Below, in pieces: positions 48,654 through 58,381 of a stretch of 64,000 bases of DNA (its first letter is position 1; every line of letters begins with the position of its first letter). This stretch comes from a candidate division FCPU426 bacterium (GTDB lineage: Bacteria > Oederibacteriota > Muellerivitia > Muellerivitales > Muellerivitaceae). The stretch lies in assembly GCA_963796105.1 (NCBI GenBank), contig CAWCKJ010000004.1, positions 1,344,001-1,408,000 of the forward strand. Direction: 5' to 3'. Both the position numbers and the translations under genes were made by a program. Under the pieces are notes generated by a model, which did not search any database, was not told where the DNA came from, and saw only the letters and a program-made list of their open reading frames with translations.

Positions 48654-49528
48654 GCCTTAAGAAAAACGGCGTTCTTCTCATGATGACAGGAAACCTATTT
48701 TTCGGGTTCCTCCCAATCCTGGTCAAGTGGGGAAACACCCAGGGATATTCCTCGACCCAAACGACTTTTTTTCGCTTCGCTTTCGCCACCCTCGGTATCC
48801 TGGCCTTGGCTGGCGCGGGAGTACAGCCCCTCAAACCGGTCAATACCAAGGCTTTGATCTGGCGGGGCTTTTGCGGGGGATCTTCCGTATTCCTTTATTT
48901 CTTCACGCTTCAATGGACGACCGCGGGGAAAGCCACGCTCTTTAACTATACCTACACCATTTGGGCCAACGTCTTCGCGGTGATTTTTTTGAAAAGAAAA
49001 GCTCCTCGGGGATTGGGATTCCTGTTGGCCTTGGCGGGACTGGGGGTGTTCCTGGTCCTGGGGTCGAAGTTTGAGAGTTTGAATTGGGGCGACCTGACCG
49101 GCATTTTTTCGGGTATCGTGGCCGGCGCCGCGGTGGCGGCCACCAGGGAGGCCCGCCGGACCGACAACGCCCTGACGGTTTTCGGGAGTTTCACCTTTTT
49201 CGGGTTCCTGATATCAGGTTTGTTCCTGTTATTTGGGCCTTCCGGCGGTTTCAACCATTGGACTCCACTGACGACCGGCGGGTGGGAAATCCTGCTGGCC
49301 ATGGGAGCCTGCGCCATGGGGGCACAGCTTTTGTTCACCCAAGGCTATGGTTACACCAGCCTGGCCATGGGAACACTCTTGTCCCTCACCGTACCGGTTT
49401 TGGCAGCCCTCTTTGGCTTGCTTTTCTTGAATGAGCCTTTAACCCCCCATTTCATCCTAGGCACTACCATGGTTTTGGCCGCCTGTGGAATTTTATCCCG
49501 CTTGGATTCAAAACCCCATTATCAATAG
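48650..49528 (+). CDS. DMT/EamA family transporter
   Basis: About 10 TM segments in two EamA-like halves; FFRF, FLNEPL. Confidence 0.9.
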   Translation: MSLKKNGVLLMMTGNLFFGFLPILVKWGNTQGYSSTQTTFFRFAFATLGILALAGAGVQPLKPVNTKALIWRGFCGGSSVFLYFFTLQWTTAGKATLFNYTYTIWANVFAVIFLKRKAPRGLGFLLALAGLGVFLVLGSKFESLNWGDLTGIFSGIVAGAAVAATREARRTDNALTVFGSFTFFGFLISGLFLLFGPSGGFNHWTPLTTGGWEILLAMGACAMGAQLLFTQGYGYTSLAMGTLLSLTVPVLAALFGLLFLNEPLTPHFILGTTMVLAACGILSRLDSKPHYQ

Positions 49529-49761
49529 CGGGAATAGATGAAAAATTGTTTGATTTCTGGCCAGGGCATCTTTGCTTTAGAAAATTTCAGGATAGGTGAT
49601 GCGGCATTTTAAAATAAGAAAGATGACAGGATTTTAGTGAGGGATTTATGACTCCTCCTGGTGGTAAAATGTTACTAGAAAAAAGGTCACGGTTTTTTCC
49701 TGAAAGGGAAATAGGTAATTGATCACCTTCAGGGATGAGGTTTTTTTGGGGGGTGGGTCTC

Positions 49762-50220
49762 ATGTCCATGAAAACGGGTTGGGTCGAGAAAAGACTGCAC
49801 GAGCGCGTTGTCGCCACCCTGAAAGTCGATTTCCGGGTAGTGGACCCCAAGGAATCCAAGAAGATCCTGGACCACGTCCATTACAGCCATACCACCATTG
49901 ACCACATGCCTGAACTGGCCAAGTCGTCCCCCCTCTACCATGCCGTCACGCGGGATATTTCCATGGGGGGCTTGGCCTTGATTAGCGACCAGCCTTTTTC
50001 ATCGGGCGGGTTGGTGGAGATAGGGCTTCACCTGCCCCAATACAACACCATCCTGAAATTCCTGGCCAAGGTGGCCCACACGGATAAATTCGTCGAGTTG
50101 GGCCGGAATATTTACCGGGCGGGTGTCCAAACCGTCGCCATCAACCAGGCGGACCTCAATCGGATTGAGACTTATTTATTCAAGTTAAAACTTCAGTCAG
50201 GGCCTCAGGAGCCTGCCTGA
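49762..50220 (+). CDS. PilZ-domain protein 1
   Basis: EKRLHER (RxxxR), DISMGG. Confidence 0.88.
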   Translation: MSMKTGWVEKRLHERVVATLKVDFRVVDPKESKKILDHVHYSHTTIDHMPELAKSSPLYHAVTRDISMGGLALISDQPFSSGGLVEIGLHLPQYNTILKFLAKVAHTDKFVELGRNIYRAGVQTVAINQADLNRIETYLFKLKLQSGPQEPA

Positions 50221-50402
50221 GGCTGTTTCCGGCTTCCCCTCATTTTTTGTGAATTGTGTAACTTCATTTCCTAACCTTTTCTGAATCTTTCCCGTTTGAT
50301 AAGGCGAAAATCAACTCATTCCTCAGGCCCTTGACTTCCAATGGCTTTGGAAGATACTGCCCAAAGAGCAACAAGCGTTCGGATGTTTACTAAGGAGACC
50401 TA

Positions 50403-50840
50403 GTGGATTTCAAGACGGCCTGGATGGAAAAAAAGCTCAAGGACAGGGTAATCGCCACCTTGAAGGTGGATTACCGCCTAGTGGACCCCAAGGATTCCAA
50501 GAAAATCCTCGGGCATTCCCACTACAAGGCCACCACCATGGAAATCATGGCGGGGGCCTCCGAAAAATCATCCCTCTGGCACGCCGCGGCCCGGGACATA
50601 TCCACGGGAGGCCTTTCCCTCCTGGCCTATGAGCCCATCAGTAAAGGATCCCTTGCGGAAGTTGGCCTGCACCTTCCCCAGTACCATGCGGTCCTCAAGT
50701 TCCTGGCCCAGGTGAACCATGTCGAGAATTTCACCGAGATGGGCCGGGTCATCCATCACGCCGATTTGCGGCCGTTGGCCGTCAACAAGGGCGATTTGGA
50801 AAAAATCGAGGCTTTCCTGATCCGGCAAATGGAGCCATAA
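50403..50840 (+). CDS. PilZ-domain protein 2 (tandem paralog)
   Basis: EKKLKDR, DISTGG; colinear with PilZ-1. Confidence 0.88.
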   Translation: MDFKTAWMEKKLKDRVIATLKVDYRLVDPKDSKKILGHSHYKATTMEIMAGASEKSSLWHAAARDISTGGLSLLAYEPISKGSLAEVGLHLPQYHAVLKFLAQVNHVENFTEMGRVIHHADLRPLAVNKGDLEKIEAFLIRQMEP

Positions 50841-50847
50841 AAAGACC

Positions 50848-51858
50848 ATGAGCGTACCCGCCCTCTCCACGCCCACTTTCTCACGCCTTCCCCGCTGGCG
50901 GGGTTTCAACCTTTTGGGCCGCTATTCCTTCCACAAGCAATCCAATTTCGGGGCTTTCCTGGAGTGGGATTTTCGCATGATCGCAGAGTTGGGTTTCGAT
51001 TTCGTGAGGTTTCCCCTGGATTACCGTTTCTGGATCAAGGACGGCGATTGGGAAAAGATCGATCCGGATGCTTTCCGGGAAATCGACCAGGCATTGGCCT
51101 GGGCGAAAAAATACCGTCTCCACGCCTGCGTTAATTTTCACCGCGCTCCCGGATACTGCATCAACCTTCCCAAGGAATCCCGGAACCTTTGGACCGACCG
51201 GGAAGCCCAGGAGGTTTGCGCGGCCCACTGGGCCTTTTTCGCCAAGCGTTTCCGGGGAATCCCCAACCAGGAAATGACTTTCGATCTCTTCAACGAGCCC
51301 CATGAGGTGTCTAACGCCGACTATGCCGCAGTCGTAACGCTCATGGCCGCGGCCATCCGCTCGGAGGATCCCCAACGCCTTATCATCGCGGACGGCACGG
51401 AAGTGGGGAACCGTCCGGTGCCGGAACTGATCCCCTTAAAGGTGGCCCAGGCCACCCGGGGCTATCAGCCCATGGAAGTGAGCCATTACCTCGCGGCCTG
51501 GGCGCCGGGCGGGGGGCGGCACCCCAAACCCACCTGGCCGCTGGAGAAGGAAGGGAAACGGTTGGATCGCGCTTGGCTCAAGAGGGAATTCATCGAGCCC
51601 TGGAAGGAACTGGAAGCTCGGGAGGTGGGGGTGTTCGTGGGGGAATGGGGCGTTTACAACCGCACGCCCCACGGGGTCGCGCTGGCCTCCATGCGGGATC
51701 ACCTGGAACTTTGGAAGGAAGCGGGATGGGGCTGGGCCTTATGGAATTTCCGGGGGGATTTCGGATTCCTGGACAGCGGCCGCGAGGATGTGGATTACGA
51801 GGACTTTGAAGGTCACAAGCTTGACAGAAAAATGCTGGAACTTTTAAAGGCTTATTAA
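50848..51858 (+). CDS. Glycoside hydrolase family 5 (no signal peptide)
   Basis: RGFNL, FVRFP, HRAPG, FNEP acid/base motif, VGEWG nucleophile motif, WALWNF. Confidence 0.93.
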   Translation: MSVPALSTPTFSRLPRWRGFNLLGRYSFHKQSNFGAFLEWDFRMIAELGFDFVRFPLDYRFWIKDGDWEKIDPDAFREIDQALAWAKKYRLHACVNFHRAPGYCINLPKESRNLWTDREAQEVCAAHWAFFAKRFRGIPNQEMTFDLFNEPHEVSNADYAAVVTLMAAAIRSEDPQRLIIADGTEVGNRPVPELIPLKVAQATRGYQPMEVSHYLAAWAPGGGRHPKPTWPLEKEGKRLDRAWLKREFIEPWKELEAREVGVFVGEWGVYNRTPHGVALASMRDHLELWKEAGWGWALWNFRGDFGFLDSGREDVDYEDFEGHKLDRKMLELLKAY

Positions 51859-51869
51859 TCAAAAGAAGT

Positions 51870-52298
51870 CTACTCCCCGAGAAACTGGAGTACGACCTGG
51901 CGCTTGCGGGACCGGTTGTCGAAATCAATCAGCACAATTTGCTGCCAAGTCCCCAGCGCGGCCTGGCCCTCCAACACGGGAAAGGTTTGGCTGGTTCCGA
52001 TCAGGGAAGAACGCAGGTGGGAATGGCCGTTACCGTCCTGCCAAGTGTCATCGTGGTGGTACCTTCCCGGAGGGGCGATCTTGTCCAGCATCTCGGGGAT
52101 ATCCTGCGCCAAACCCGGCTCGAATTCCATGGTGGTGATGCCGGCGGTGGAACCCACTACCGAGATGGTGACGATGCCCTGCCGGCACTTAATGGAAGAC
52201 AGGAATTCCTGAACCTCCCCGGTCACATCCTGAATATGGCTGTTGCCTCGGCTGGAAATATGGATGGTCTTTGACTCGTTCTTCAAGGATGTTGCCAT
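51870..52298 (-). CDS. yjbQ: YjbQ/UPF0047 secondary thiamine-phosphate synthase family
   Basis: GSTAGITTME, NGHSHLRSSLIG, LGTWQ, DFD. Confidence 0.92.
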   Translation of the reverse strand: MATSLKNESKTIHISSRGNSHIQDVTGEVQEFLSSIKCRQGIVTISVVGSTAGITTMEFEPGLAQDIPEMLDKIAPPGRYHHDDTWQDGNGHSHLRSSLIGTSQTFPVLEGQAALGTWQQIVLIDFDNRSRKRQVVLQFLGE

Positions 52299-52337
52299 GG
52301 CTTCCTCCTCCAAAAGGTATTTCAACAAATATTTAAT

Positions 52338-53222
52338 TTAACTTCCTAAACTTGGCAAAGTCCCGAAAATAACTTTTCTCAATGCCTCGGCGGCAGGAGA
52401 AAGTTTTCCTTTTTTGCGCCAAGCCAGAGAAAGGGTGCGGATGGCTTTGGGCTGTGAAATGACCGAATAGGCCACTCCGGGAAAACTCGCCACCATCCTG
52501 GGCACCAGGCTGATGCCCAAACCCGAGGCCACCAAGGCCTGCACTGTCTCGATTCCCGCGCTCTCAAAAACCACCTTGGGCTCCAGACCGGCTTGGCGGA
52601 AAAGGTCCAGGGTGATCTGACGGAATCCATGGCCTGTCTTCATCAAAATGAACGGTTCTTCCGAAACTTGCCTGAGGGCCAGGGTTTTTTTCCCCGCCAG
52701 GGGGTGCTTGGCGTGAAGGGCTAGGAGAAGTTCCTCGGCCAAAATGGTTTTTTGGTCCAAGCCGGGCCTTAATCCCGCCTCATCCATGATCGCCAATTCC
52801 ACCTCTCCTTGTTCCAGGGCCAGGGCCAGGTTGGGCGAGGATTCCTCCCTCAACTGGACCTGAATCTTCGGGTAGGCCTTCCGGAACGCCGTGAGAATGG
52901 GGGGGAGCAAGTGGGCACCGGTCGTGGGCATGCAGCCAAGGCTGACCTTGCCCAGGGTGAGTCCCGTCAGGGCTTTGGCGTCCTCGCGGGCGGATTCCAT
53001 TTCCTGCAGGATGGCCTTGGCCCGGGGCAGGAAGGTTTCACCCCTGGCCGTGAGGTTTCCACCCTTCCGGGTCCGTTCGAAAAGAGGTCCGCCCAATTCG
53101 TCCTCAAGTTTCGCGATTTGGATGCTCAAGGAAGGCTGGGATACGTTGCAAGCCCTAGCCGCGCTCGTGAATCGGCCCGTTTGCGCCACAGCCAGGAAAT
53201 ATCGCAACTGATGGGTTTCCAT
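52338..53222 (-). CDS. LysR-type regulator divergent from leuCD
   Basis: QLRYFLAVA..FTSAA..VSQPSLS.QI.KLEDELG..LFER; GLGISLVP. Confidence 0.95.
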   Translation of the reverse strand: METHQLRYFLAVAQTGRFTSAARACNVSQPSLSIQIAKLEDELGGPLFERTRKGGNLTARGETFLPRAKAILQEMESAREDAKALTGLTLGKVSLGCMPTTGAHLLPPILTAFRKAYPKIQVQLREESSPNLALALEQGEVELAIMDEAGLRPGLDQKTILAEELLLALHAKHPLAGKKTLALRQVSEEPFILMKTGHGFRQITLDLFRQAGLEPKVVFESAGIETVQALVASGLGISLVPRMVASFPGVAYSVISQPKAIRTLSLAWRKKGKLSPAAEALRKVIFGTLPSLGS

Positions 53223-53236
53223 AAAAGCCTCAAGTC

Positions 53237-53272
53237 TTTCACCACAGCGGCGCTTCGCGCCACACAGAACTC
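53237..53272 (-). repeat. CTGTG-hairpin-CTGTGGTGAA repeat upstream of the LysR RBS
   Basis: TTTCACCACAGC-GGCGC-TTC-GCGCC-ACACAGAAC. Confidence 0.8.
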
Positions 53273-53329
53273 TTCGCATCGCAGCGAAGAGTCGTTGACA
53301 GTTAAAATTTTAATGTCCTAAAGAAAATT

Positions 53330-53366
53330 ATAGTATAAAGCTATATTTAATATAGTAACTATATCT
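53330..53366. promoter_or_regulatory. LysR-type operator, OxyR-like ATAG-N7-CTAT-N7-ATAG
   Basis: ATAG 53330-33, CTAT 53341-44, ATAG 53352-55 with exact 7-nt spacing, in the divergent promoter. Confidence 0.7.
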
Positions 53367-53430
53367 TATACAAATATGACTTTTCGTCCTATATTTTCCA
53401 TAGTTGCTTTAAAACAAATCTTTCCGTGAA

Positions 53431-53464
53431 CTCTGTGCGCCGCCGAAGGCGGCCCGTGGTGAAA
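53431..53464 (+). repeat. CTGTG-hairpin-CTGTGGTGAA repeat upstream of the leuC RBS
   Basis: CTCTGTGC-GCCGCC-GAA-GGCGGC-CCGTGGTGAAA. Confidence 0.85.
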
Positions 53465-53481
53465 ACGCTTTGGAGGTCATT

Positions 53482-54888
53482 ATGGCAAAAGGCACTCTCT
53501 ACAACAAAGTCTGGGATTCGCACATCGTGGACAAGCTTCCCACGGGACAGTTCCAGCTTTTCATCGGCTTGCACCTCATCCACGAGGTGACCAGCCCCCA
53601 GGCCTTCGATATGGTCGGGGAAAAGGGGGTCAAGGTGGCCTATCCCCAAAGGACCTTCGCCACCGTGGACCATATCGTCCCCACCCAGAGCCAGGCCAGG
53701 CCCTTCGCGGACCCCGAGGCTGAGCAGATGATGGGTGCCATCGAAAAGAACGTGAAGAAGTACGGGATTCAGTTCTTCGGGTTCGACACGGGCCGCCAGG
53801 GAATCGTCCATATCGTGGGACCTGAAATGGGATTGACCCAGCCTGGCATGACCATCGCCTGCGGGGACTCGCATACCTCCACCCATGGGGCGTTCGGGAC
53901 CCTCGCCTTCGGCATCGGCACCTCCCAGGTCAGGGATGTTTTGGCCACCCAGTGCCTGGCCATGGACGCCTTGAAGGTGCGCCGGGTCAACGTGAACGGA
54001 AAATTGAAGCCGGGTGTCACGGCCAAGGACGTCACCCTCTATGTCATCCAAAAGCTGGGGGTGAAGGGAGGCATCGGCTACGCCTATGAGTACGGTGGAA
54101 CCGTGTTTGACGCCATGAGCATGGAGGAGCGCATGACGGTCTGCAACATGGCCATCGAGGGCGGGGCCAGGGTGGGCTACGTCAACCCGGACCAGACTAC
54201 CTTTGACTACTTGAAAGGCCGGCCTCACGCCCCTTCCGGGGACAAATGGGACAAGGCCCTCGCCTATTGGAAATCAGTGGTTTCCGACAAGGACGCCCAG
54301 TATGACGACGTAGTGAATTTCGAGGCCTCGGATATAGAGCCCATCGTGACTTGGGGCATTACGCCGGACCAGTCCGTGGGCGTGAACCAAAAGCTTCCCG
54401 AAGTCGGCCGCTTCTCGGCCGATGAGGCCAAAACGGTGGAATTGGCCTACAAGCACATGGATTTGAAACCTGGCGCCCCGATCAAGGGAACTCCCATCGA
54501 CGTGGCTTTCATCGGTTCCTGCACCAACGGCCGAATCAGCGATCTGAGGGAGGCAGCCAAGGTGGCCAAGGGGCGGAAAGTTTCCAAGACGGTTCGGGCT
54601 TTCGTGGTGCCTGGCTCCCAACAGGTGAAGGCCCAGGCGGAAAAAGAGGGGCTTCACAAGATTTTTACTGAGGCTGGTTTCGAGTGGCGGGAGGCCGGCT
54701 GTTCCATGTGCCTGGCCATGAATCCCGACAAACTCAAAGGCCGGGAAATCTCAGCCTCCTCGTCGAACCGTAATTTCATCGGGCGGCAGGGAAGCAAGGA
54801 CGGGAGGACCATGTTGATGAGTCCCGCCATGGTGGCGGCCGCCGCGGTTGAGGGGTATGTCACCGACGTCAGGGAATTTATGAAATAA
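53482..54888 (+). CDS. leuC: 3-isopropylmalate dehydratase large subunit
   Basis: [47 protein letters not shown]. Confidence 0.96.
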   Translation: MAKGTLYNKVWDSHIVDKLPTGQFQLFIGLHLIHEVTSPQAFDMVGEKGVKVAYPQRTFATVDHIVPTQSQARPFADPEAEQMMGAIEKNVKKYGIQFFGFDTGRQGIVHIVGPEMGLTQPGMTIACGDSHTSTHGAFGTLAFGIGTSQVRDVLATQCLAMDALKVRRVNVNGKLKPGVTAKDVTLYVIQKLGVKGGIGYAYEYGGTVFDAMSMEERMTVCNMAIEGGARVGYVNPDQTTFDYLKGRPHAPSGDKWDKALAYWKSVVSDKDAQYDDVVNFEASDIEPIVTWGITPDQSVGVNQKLPEVGRFSADEAKTVELAYKHMDLKPGAPIKGTPIDVAFIGSCTNGRISDLREAAKVAKGRKVSKTVRAFVVPGSQQVKAQAEKEGLHKIFTEAGFEWREAGCSMCLAMNPDKLKGREISASSSNRNFIGRQGSKDGRTMLMSPAMVAAAAVEGYVTDVREFMK

Positions 54889-54958
54889 TCTCGGATTGTT
54901 TTGGGAGATGGGAAAAAAGAGCAAGGGAAAAATTTAATTCTTAAAAATTAAACTGAGT

Positions 54959-54989
54959 CTCTGTGCCGCCAAAGGCGGCTGTGGTGAAA
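54959..54989 (+). repeat. CTGTG-hairpin-CTGTGGTGAA repeat upstream of the leuD RBS
   Basis: CTCTGT-GCCGCC-AAA-GGCGGC-TGTGGTGAAA. Confidence 0.85.
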
Positions 54990-55003
54990 TTGAGGAGGAA
55001 TTT

Positions 55004-55606
55004 ATGAACAAAATTACTAAGATCGAGGGAAGGGCTATTCCTGTTGAGGGAAATGACATTGATACCGACCGCATCATTCCGGCCAGGTATTTGAAGGAAA
55101 TCACCTTCACCAACATGGGAAAGTACCCATTTTTTGACGAGCGTTTTGACTCCCGGGGAAAAACAAAGGGTCATCCCTTTGATATGGCCCCATACCAGGG
55201 CTCTTGCCTCTTGGTGGTGAACCAGAACTTCGGGTGCGGCTCCTCGCGCGAGCACGCCCCGCAAGCCCTCATGCGCTGGGGAATCAAGGCCATCCTGGGG
55301 GAGTCCTTCGCGGAGATATTCGCGGGCAATTGCACCATGCTGGGCATTCCCACCATGACGGCGCCCCAGGCGGGAATCCAACGCCTTCAAAAGATGGTCA
55401 AAGATAACCCGAATACCGCCTTTGCCGTGGATTTGGAGAAGATGACTTTGTTCGGAGACGGGAAAGAAGTTTTAAAATTCGAAATCCATGAGTCCAAACG
55501 AAACGCCCTTATCAATGGGACTTGGGATTCAACAGGTTTACTCTTGGCCAACGTCGGCAAGACCGCCGAGGTCGCCAAGCGGCTTCCTTACGTCAGCGGG
55601 TTTTGA
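55004..55606 (+). CDS. leuD: 3-isopropylmalate dehydratase small subunit
   Basis: DIDTDRIIPARYLK, NFGCGSSREHAP, SFAEIF.GN. Confidence 0.96.
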   Translation: MNKITKIEGRAIPVEGNDIDTDRIIPARYLKEITFTNMGKYPFFDERFDSRGKTKGHPFDMAPYQGSCLLVVNQNFGCGSSREHAPQALMRWGIKAILGESFAEIFAGNCTMLGIPTMTAPQAGIQRLQKMVKDNPNTAFAVDLEKMTLFGDGKEVLKFEIHESKRNALINGTWDSTGLLLANVGKTAEVAKRLPYVSGF

Positions 55607-55710
55607 GGCCGGATGAGGTTACTGATTCCTCCGGCTTGATTTGATTCTATTCCTTCGGAATGTTACCATAATAGGATCGATATGGCTACAAATCGGCCAC
55701 GGGAGGGAAG

Positions 55711-56043
55711 ATGAAATTCCATCAGGTTCGTGAAATGAGAACTCATTACGGCAAGGTGCTGGAGGACCTCCGAAAGGAGAAGAAAATCGTGCTTATGAGC
55801 AAGGGGAAACCTGTAGCACTGCTGACTGAATTAACTGAAGATAGTTTCGAGGAGCGGATTGCCGAAACCAAAAGTACTCATTTTGCCGCTGAGCCTTCCT
55901 TGTTATACGGGACCGAAGATCCGGAAATACTCAAAGCTTGGATCGGGGAAGCGGAAAGCCGCCGCCGTGACTACCTAGAAGGCAAATCAAAACTCATTCC
56001 CGCCAAAAAAGTATTTGCCAGTCTCCGCCAAAAGACCAAATGA
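55711..56043 (+). CDS. Antitoxin: Phd/YefM domain fused to an addiction-module-type C-terminus
   Basis: VREMR...VL...KGKPVALL; then AWIGEAESRRRDYLEGK..IPAKKVF. Confidence 0.8.
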   Translation: MKFHQVREMRTHYGKVLEDLRKEKKIVLMSKGKPVALLTELTEDSFEERIAETKSTHFAAEPSLLYGTEDPEILKAWIGEAESRRRDYLEGKSKLIPAKKVFASLRQKTK

Positions 56044-56342
56044 TCCGTTTCCATCTGGAAGCTGTCGCGGAATTGGAGGCTTCTTTCGATTATTACGAGA
56101 CCCAACGGCCCGGTTTGGGTCTGCTTTTTCTTGAGGGAGTGGAAAAAGCACTGGAAAAAATACAGTCCCATCCCGACGCATGGCCTTCCTTGACACCGGA
56201 AAGGGGACCCTTGCGCCGCCACCTGTTGAAGTTGTTTCCCTACGGCTTGATATATGAGAGAGAAAAACAGGATATCCTTGTATGGGCTGTCATGCATTTG
56301 GCTCGTAAACCCGGTTATTGGAAGAAAAGGAACCGGCGTTAA
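56040..56342 (+). CDS. RelE/ParE family toxin
   Basis: ATGA overlap; RFHLEA..EL...DYYE.QRPGLG..F, FPYGLIY, AVMHLARKPGYW. Confidence 0.93.
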   Translation: MIRFHLEAVAELEASFDYYETQRPGLGLLFLEGVEKALEKIQSHPDAWPSLTPERGPLRRHLLKLFPYGLIYEREKQDILVWAVMHLARKPGYWKKRNRR

Positions 56343-56393
56343 AGGAATGAGCGTTTAATCAAAATGGCTATGGGTGTTCACAAAAGAATTACT

Positions 56394-57269
56394 TCACCTG
56401 AACTCCACGCACCTCATGGACAGCATGCCGTAGTCGAATCCCTCGAAGGGAAAGCGCACCTTGGGTTTGCCACGGGTGCCCGCCGAGGCGGCGGCTACCA
56501 GGAGAGGGGTGAAATGCTCATCGGTGGGGTGGGATTGGGGGCCGCCAGGGGCTTCCATATAATTGGACAGGGTCTTCAGGTCAAATCGCAGAAGGGTCTC
56601 CTTCACCCAATTGTCAAACCCCGATACCCAATCGGGGGGCGCTGCGGCCCGGTCGCTAAAATCCACCAAGCCCAGGTTGTGCGTGATATTTCCGCTTCCC
56701 AGGATGAAGACTCCCTTGGACCGCAGGGAAGCCAGGGCTTTGCCCAAGGCCATGTACTCCGAAAAGGAGGCCCCGGTGGGGATGGAAACCTGGAGAACGG
56801 GGATACCCGCTCGGGGGAACAGGTGAAGCAAGGGGACCCAGGCTCCGTGGTCCAGGCCCCGGTCCGAAAGGGTGGCTGGCTTCAAACCGATATTTTCCAA
56901 GAGCCCCATGATCAACTTGGCCAATAAAGGCGCGGTGGGAGCGTTATATTCCAGGTCGTAGAGCTCCCCGGGAAAGCCGTAGAAGTCGTAGTTCAAAGGG
57001 ACTTCGCTCAAGGGGCCCAGATGCGGGGGCCATTGTACCCAATGGGCCGATATGACCAGGACGGCCTTGGGTCTTGCCTCTCGGCCCTCCTCGGGGTCCA
57101 GCAGGGATTCCCCCCAAGCCTTCCAGGCCTGGGTGATTTCGTTATCCTCAACCGCCAGGGTGGGAGCGCCATGTCCCACGAAACCCACCGGCATCAAGAT
57201 TTTCGAATCCAGGTATTCCTTCGGCTCGCCTGTTTTGCCTTCCTTTTTTTTATTCTTATGGGACGACAT
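56394..57269 (-). CDS. Class III extradiol dioxygenase (YgiD/DODA/LigB-like)
   Basis: GHGAP, ISAHW, YDFYGFP, RGLDHGAWVPL, GSGNITHNL, SHPTDEHFTPL. Confidence 0.94.
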   Translation of the reverse strand: MSSHKNKKKEGKTGEPKEYLDSKILMPVGFVGHGAPTLAVEDNEITQAWKAWGESLLDPEEGREARPKAVLVISAHWVQWPPHLGPLSEVPLNYDFYGFPGELYDLEYNAPTAPLLAKLIMGLLENIGLKPATLSDRGLDHGAWVPLLHLFPRAGIPVLQVSIPTGASFSEYMALGKALASLRSKGVFILGSGNITHNLGLVDFSDRAAAPPDWVSGFDNWVKETLLRFDLKTLSNYMEAPGGPQSHPTDEHFTPLLVAAASAGTRGKPKVRFPFEGFDYGMLSMRCVEFR

Positions 57270-57880
57270 AAGCGCTTCCTTTCAGATTCCACCGGCCTGT
57301 TGGGGGTAAAAGAGCAGCCCGGGGGGACAAGGCCTAATAGGATAGGGTTTTTTTTGAAAAATCCAAGAAGGGAAATAATGGGAATAAACGAAAAGCGGCG
57401 GAATTAGTTTTAGTTATTAGAGGTTTTCCCGGCGTTCCAAAAGAGGGTTTGGGCCGGACTTCCGCCCTGCCGCGCTAGCTTTTTGGATTCAGCGGTTTTA
57501 GAGGGCTTTTTCCCCGCTTTCCAAGAGGATGAGGGGGCCCCATAGATCGGCCAGATGAGAAACAATGGTTTCTGAAATTCCCTGGAGTATTTTGTGGTTC
57601 GGAATCGCATGGCCTCTCCTTGGCGTTTTTGGAGTTTACGAGAAAAGAATATCCAAGGAGGGGGTTGCCGATTTATGCGCTGGATCATCCTTAATGGGAA
57701 TATATTTTCGCCAGGGGGTATTGATTTTAAACCACGGATTAATTCGTAAAATCTGTTTATGGTCAGGATACGCTTTGAGTAAACGGGTATCCAAAACTTG
57801 ACCCTTGAATCGGCCGGACCTAACATGGTCATGCGCAATCATTCAAAAACTTTTTTCGTCCAATATCGCGGGGGAAATTC

Positions 57881-58354
57881 TTGAGAAAACTTTTCTGGGT
57901 CGTGGTCCTATTCCTATTCTCTAACGCGGTCTTGGCCCAAGAGGCTCTGACTCCGGTCATTCTCAATTCGGGGAAATTTTCCAGGAAAATTTCCTTTAAA
58001 AAAAACCCGAACAAAGGTCCGTCCGCCATTACCAAGGAGCTGGTCAACCGGAGGGTCAATGGGAAAGGCCCGGTCAACAATTATTACCCTCTTCCCAATA
58101 AAAAACCGGCTCCGGGAAAAAACCCAATGACTAAAGCGAAAACTGGAAAGGCCCTGCCGAACAGCCGCGCGGTTCAAGCCGGCGTCAAGCCGAAGACCCT
58201 GCCCTTGGTCAGGATGGTGCCCACTCCGAAGGGGTTATCCAACTATGTTCAAGGCGTGAAAAATTTTCCGGGTTACAAGTACTCTCCCGGGGGTGCGTCA
58301 TCGGTCATGGGCCCCGCCACCCTCAACTATCCGACTCTTTACCAATCCAAGTAA
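57881..58354 (+). CDS. Secreted, basic Pro/Lys-rich hypothetical protein
   Basis: Signal peptide ending AVLA-Q; low-complexity body. Confidence 0.6.
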   Translation: MRKLFWVVVLFLFSNAVLAQEALTPVILNSGKFSRKISFKKNPNKGPSAITKELVNRRVNGKGPVNNYYPLPNKKPAPGKNPMTKAKTGKALPNSRAVQAGVKPKTLPLVRMVPTPKGLSNYVQGVKNFPGYKYSPGGASSVMGPATLNYPTLYQSK

Positions 58355-58381
58355 TTTTAAAACCTCAATCAAAATTCAAAA

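Noticed and set aside
53376..53429. 17-codon [20 protein letters not shown] as a leu attenuator peptide
   Set aside because: Only one Leu, no RBS, and the following hairpin is the dispersed repeat with no U-tract
57410..57842. Overlapping ORFs 57410-57838, 57565-57801 and 57636-57842
   Set aside because: None has a convincing RBS or protein-like pattern; left unannotated
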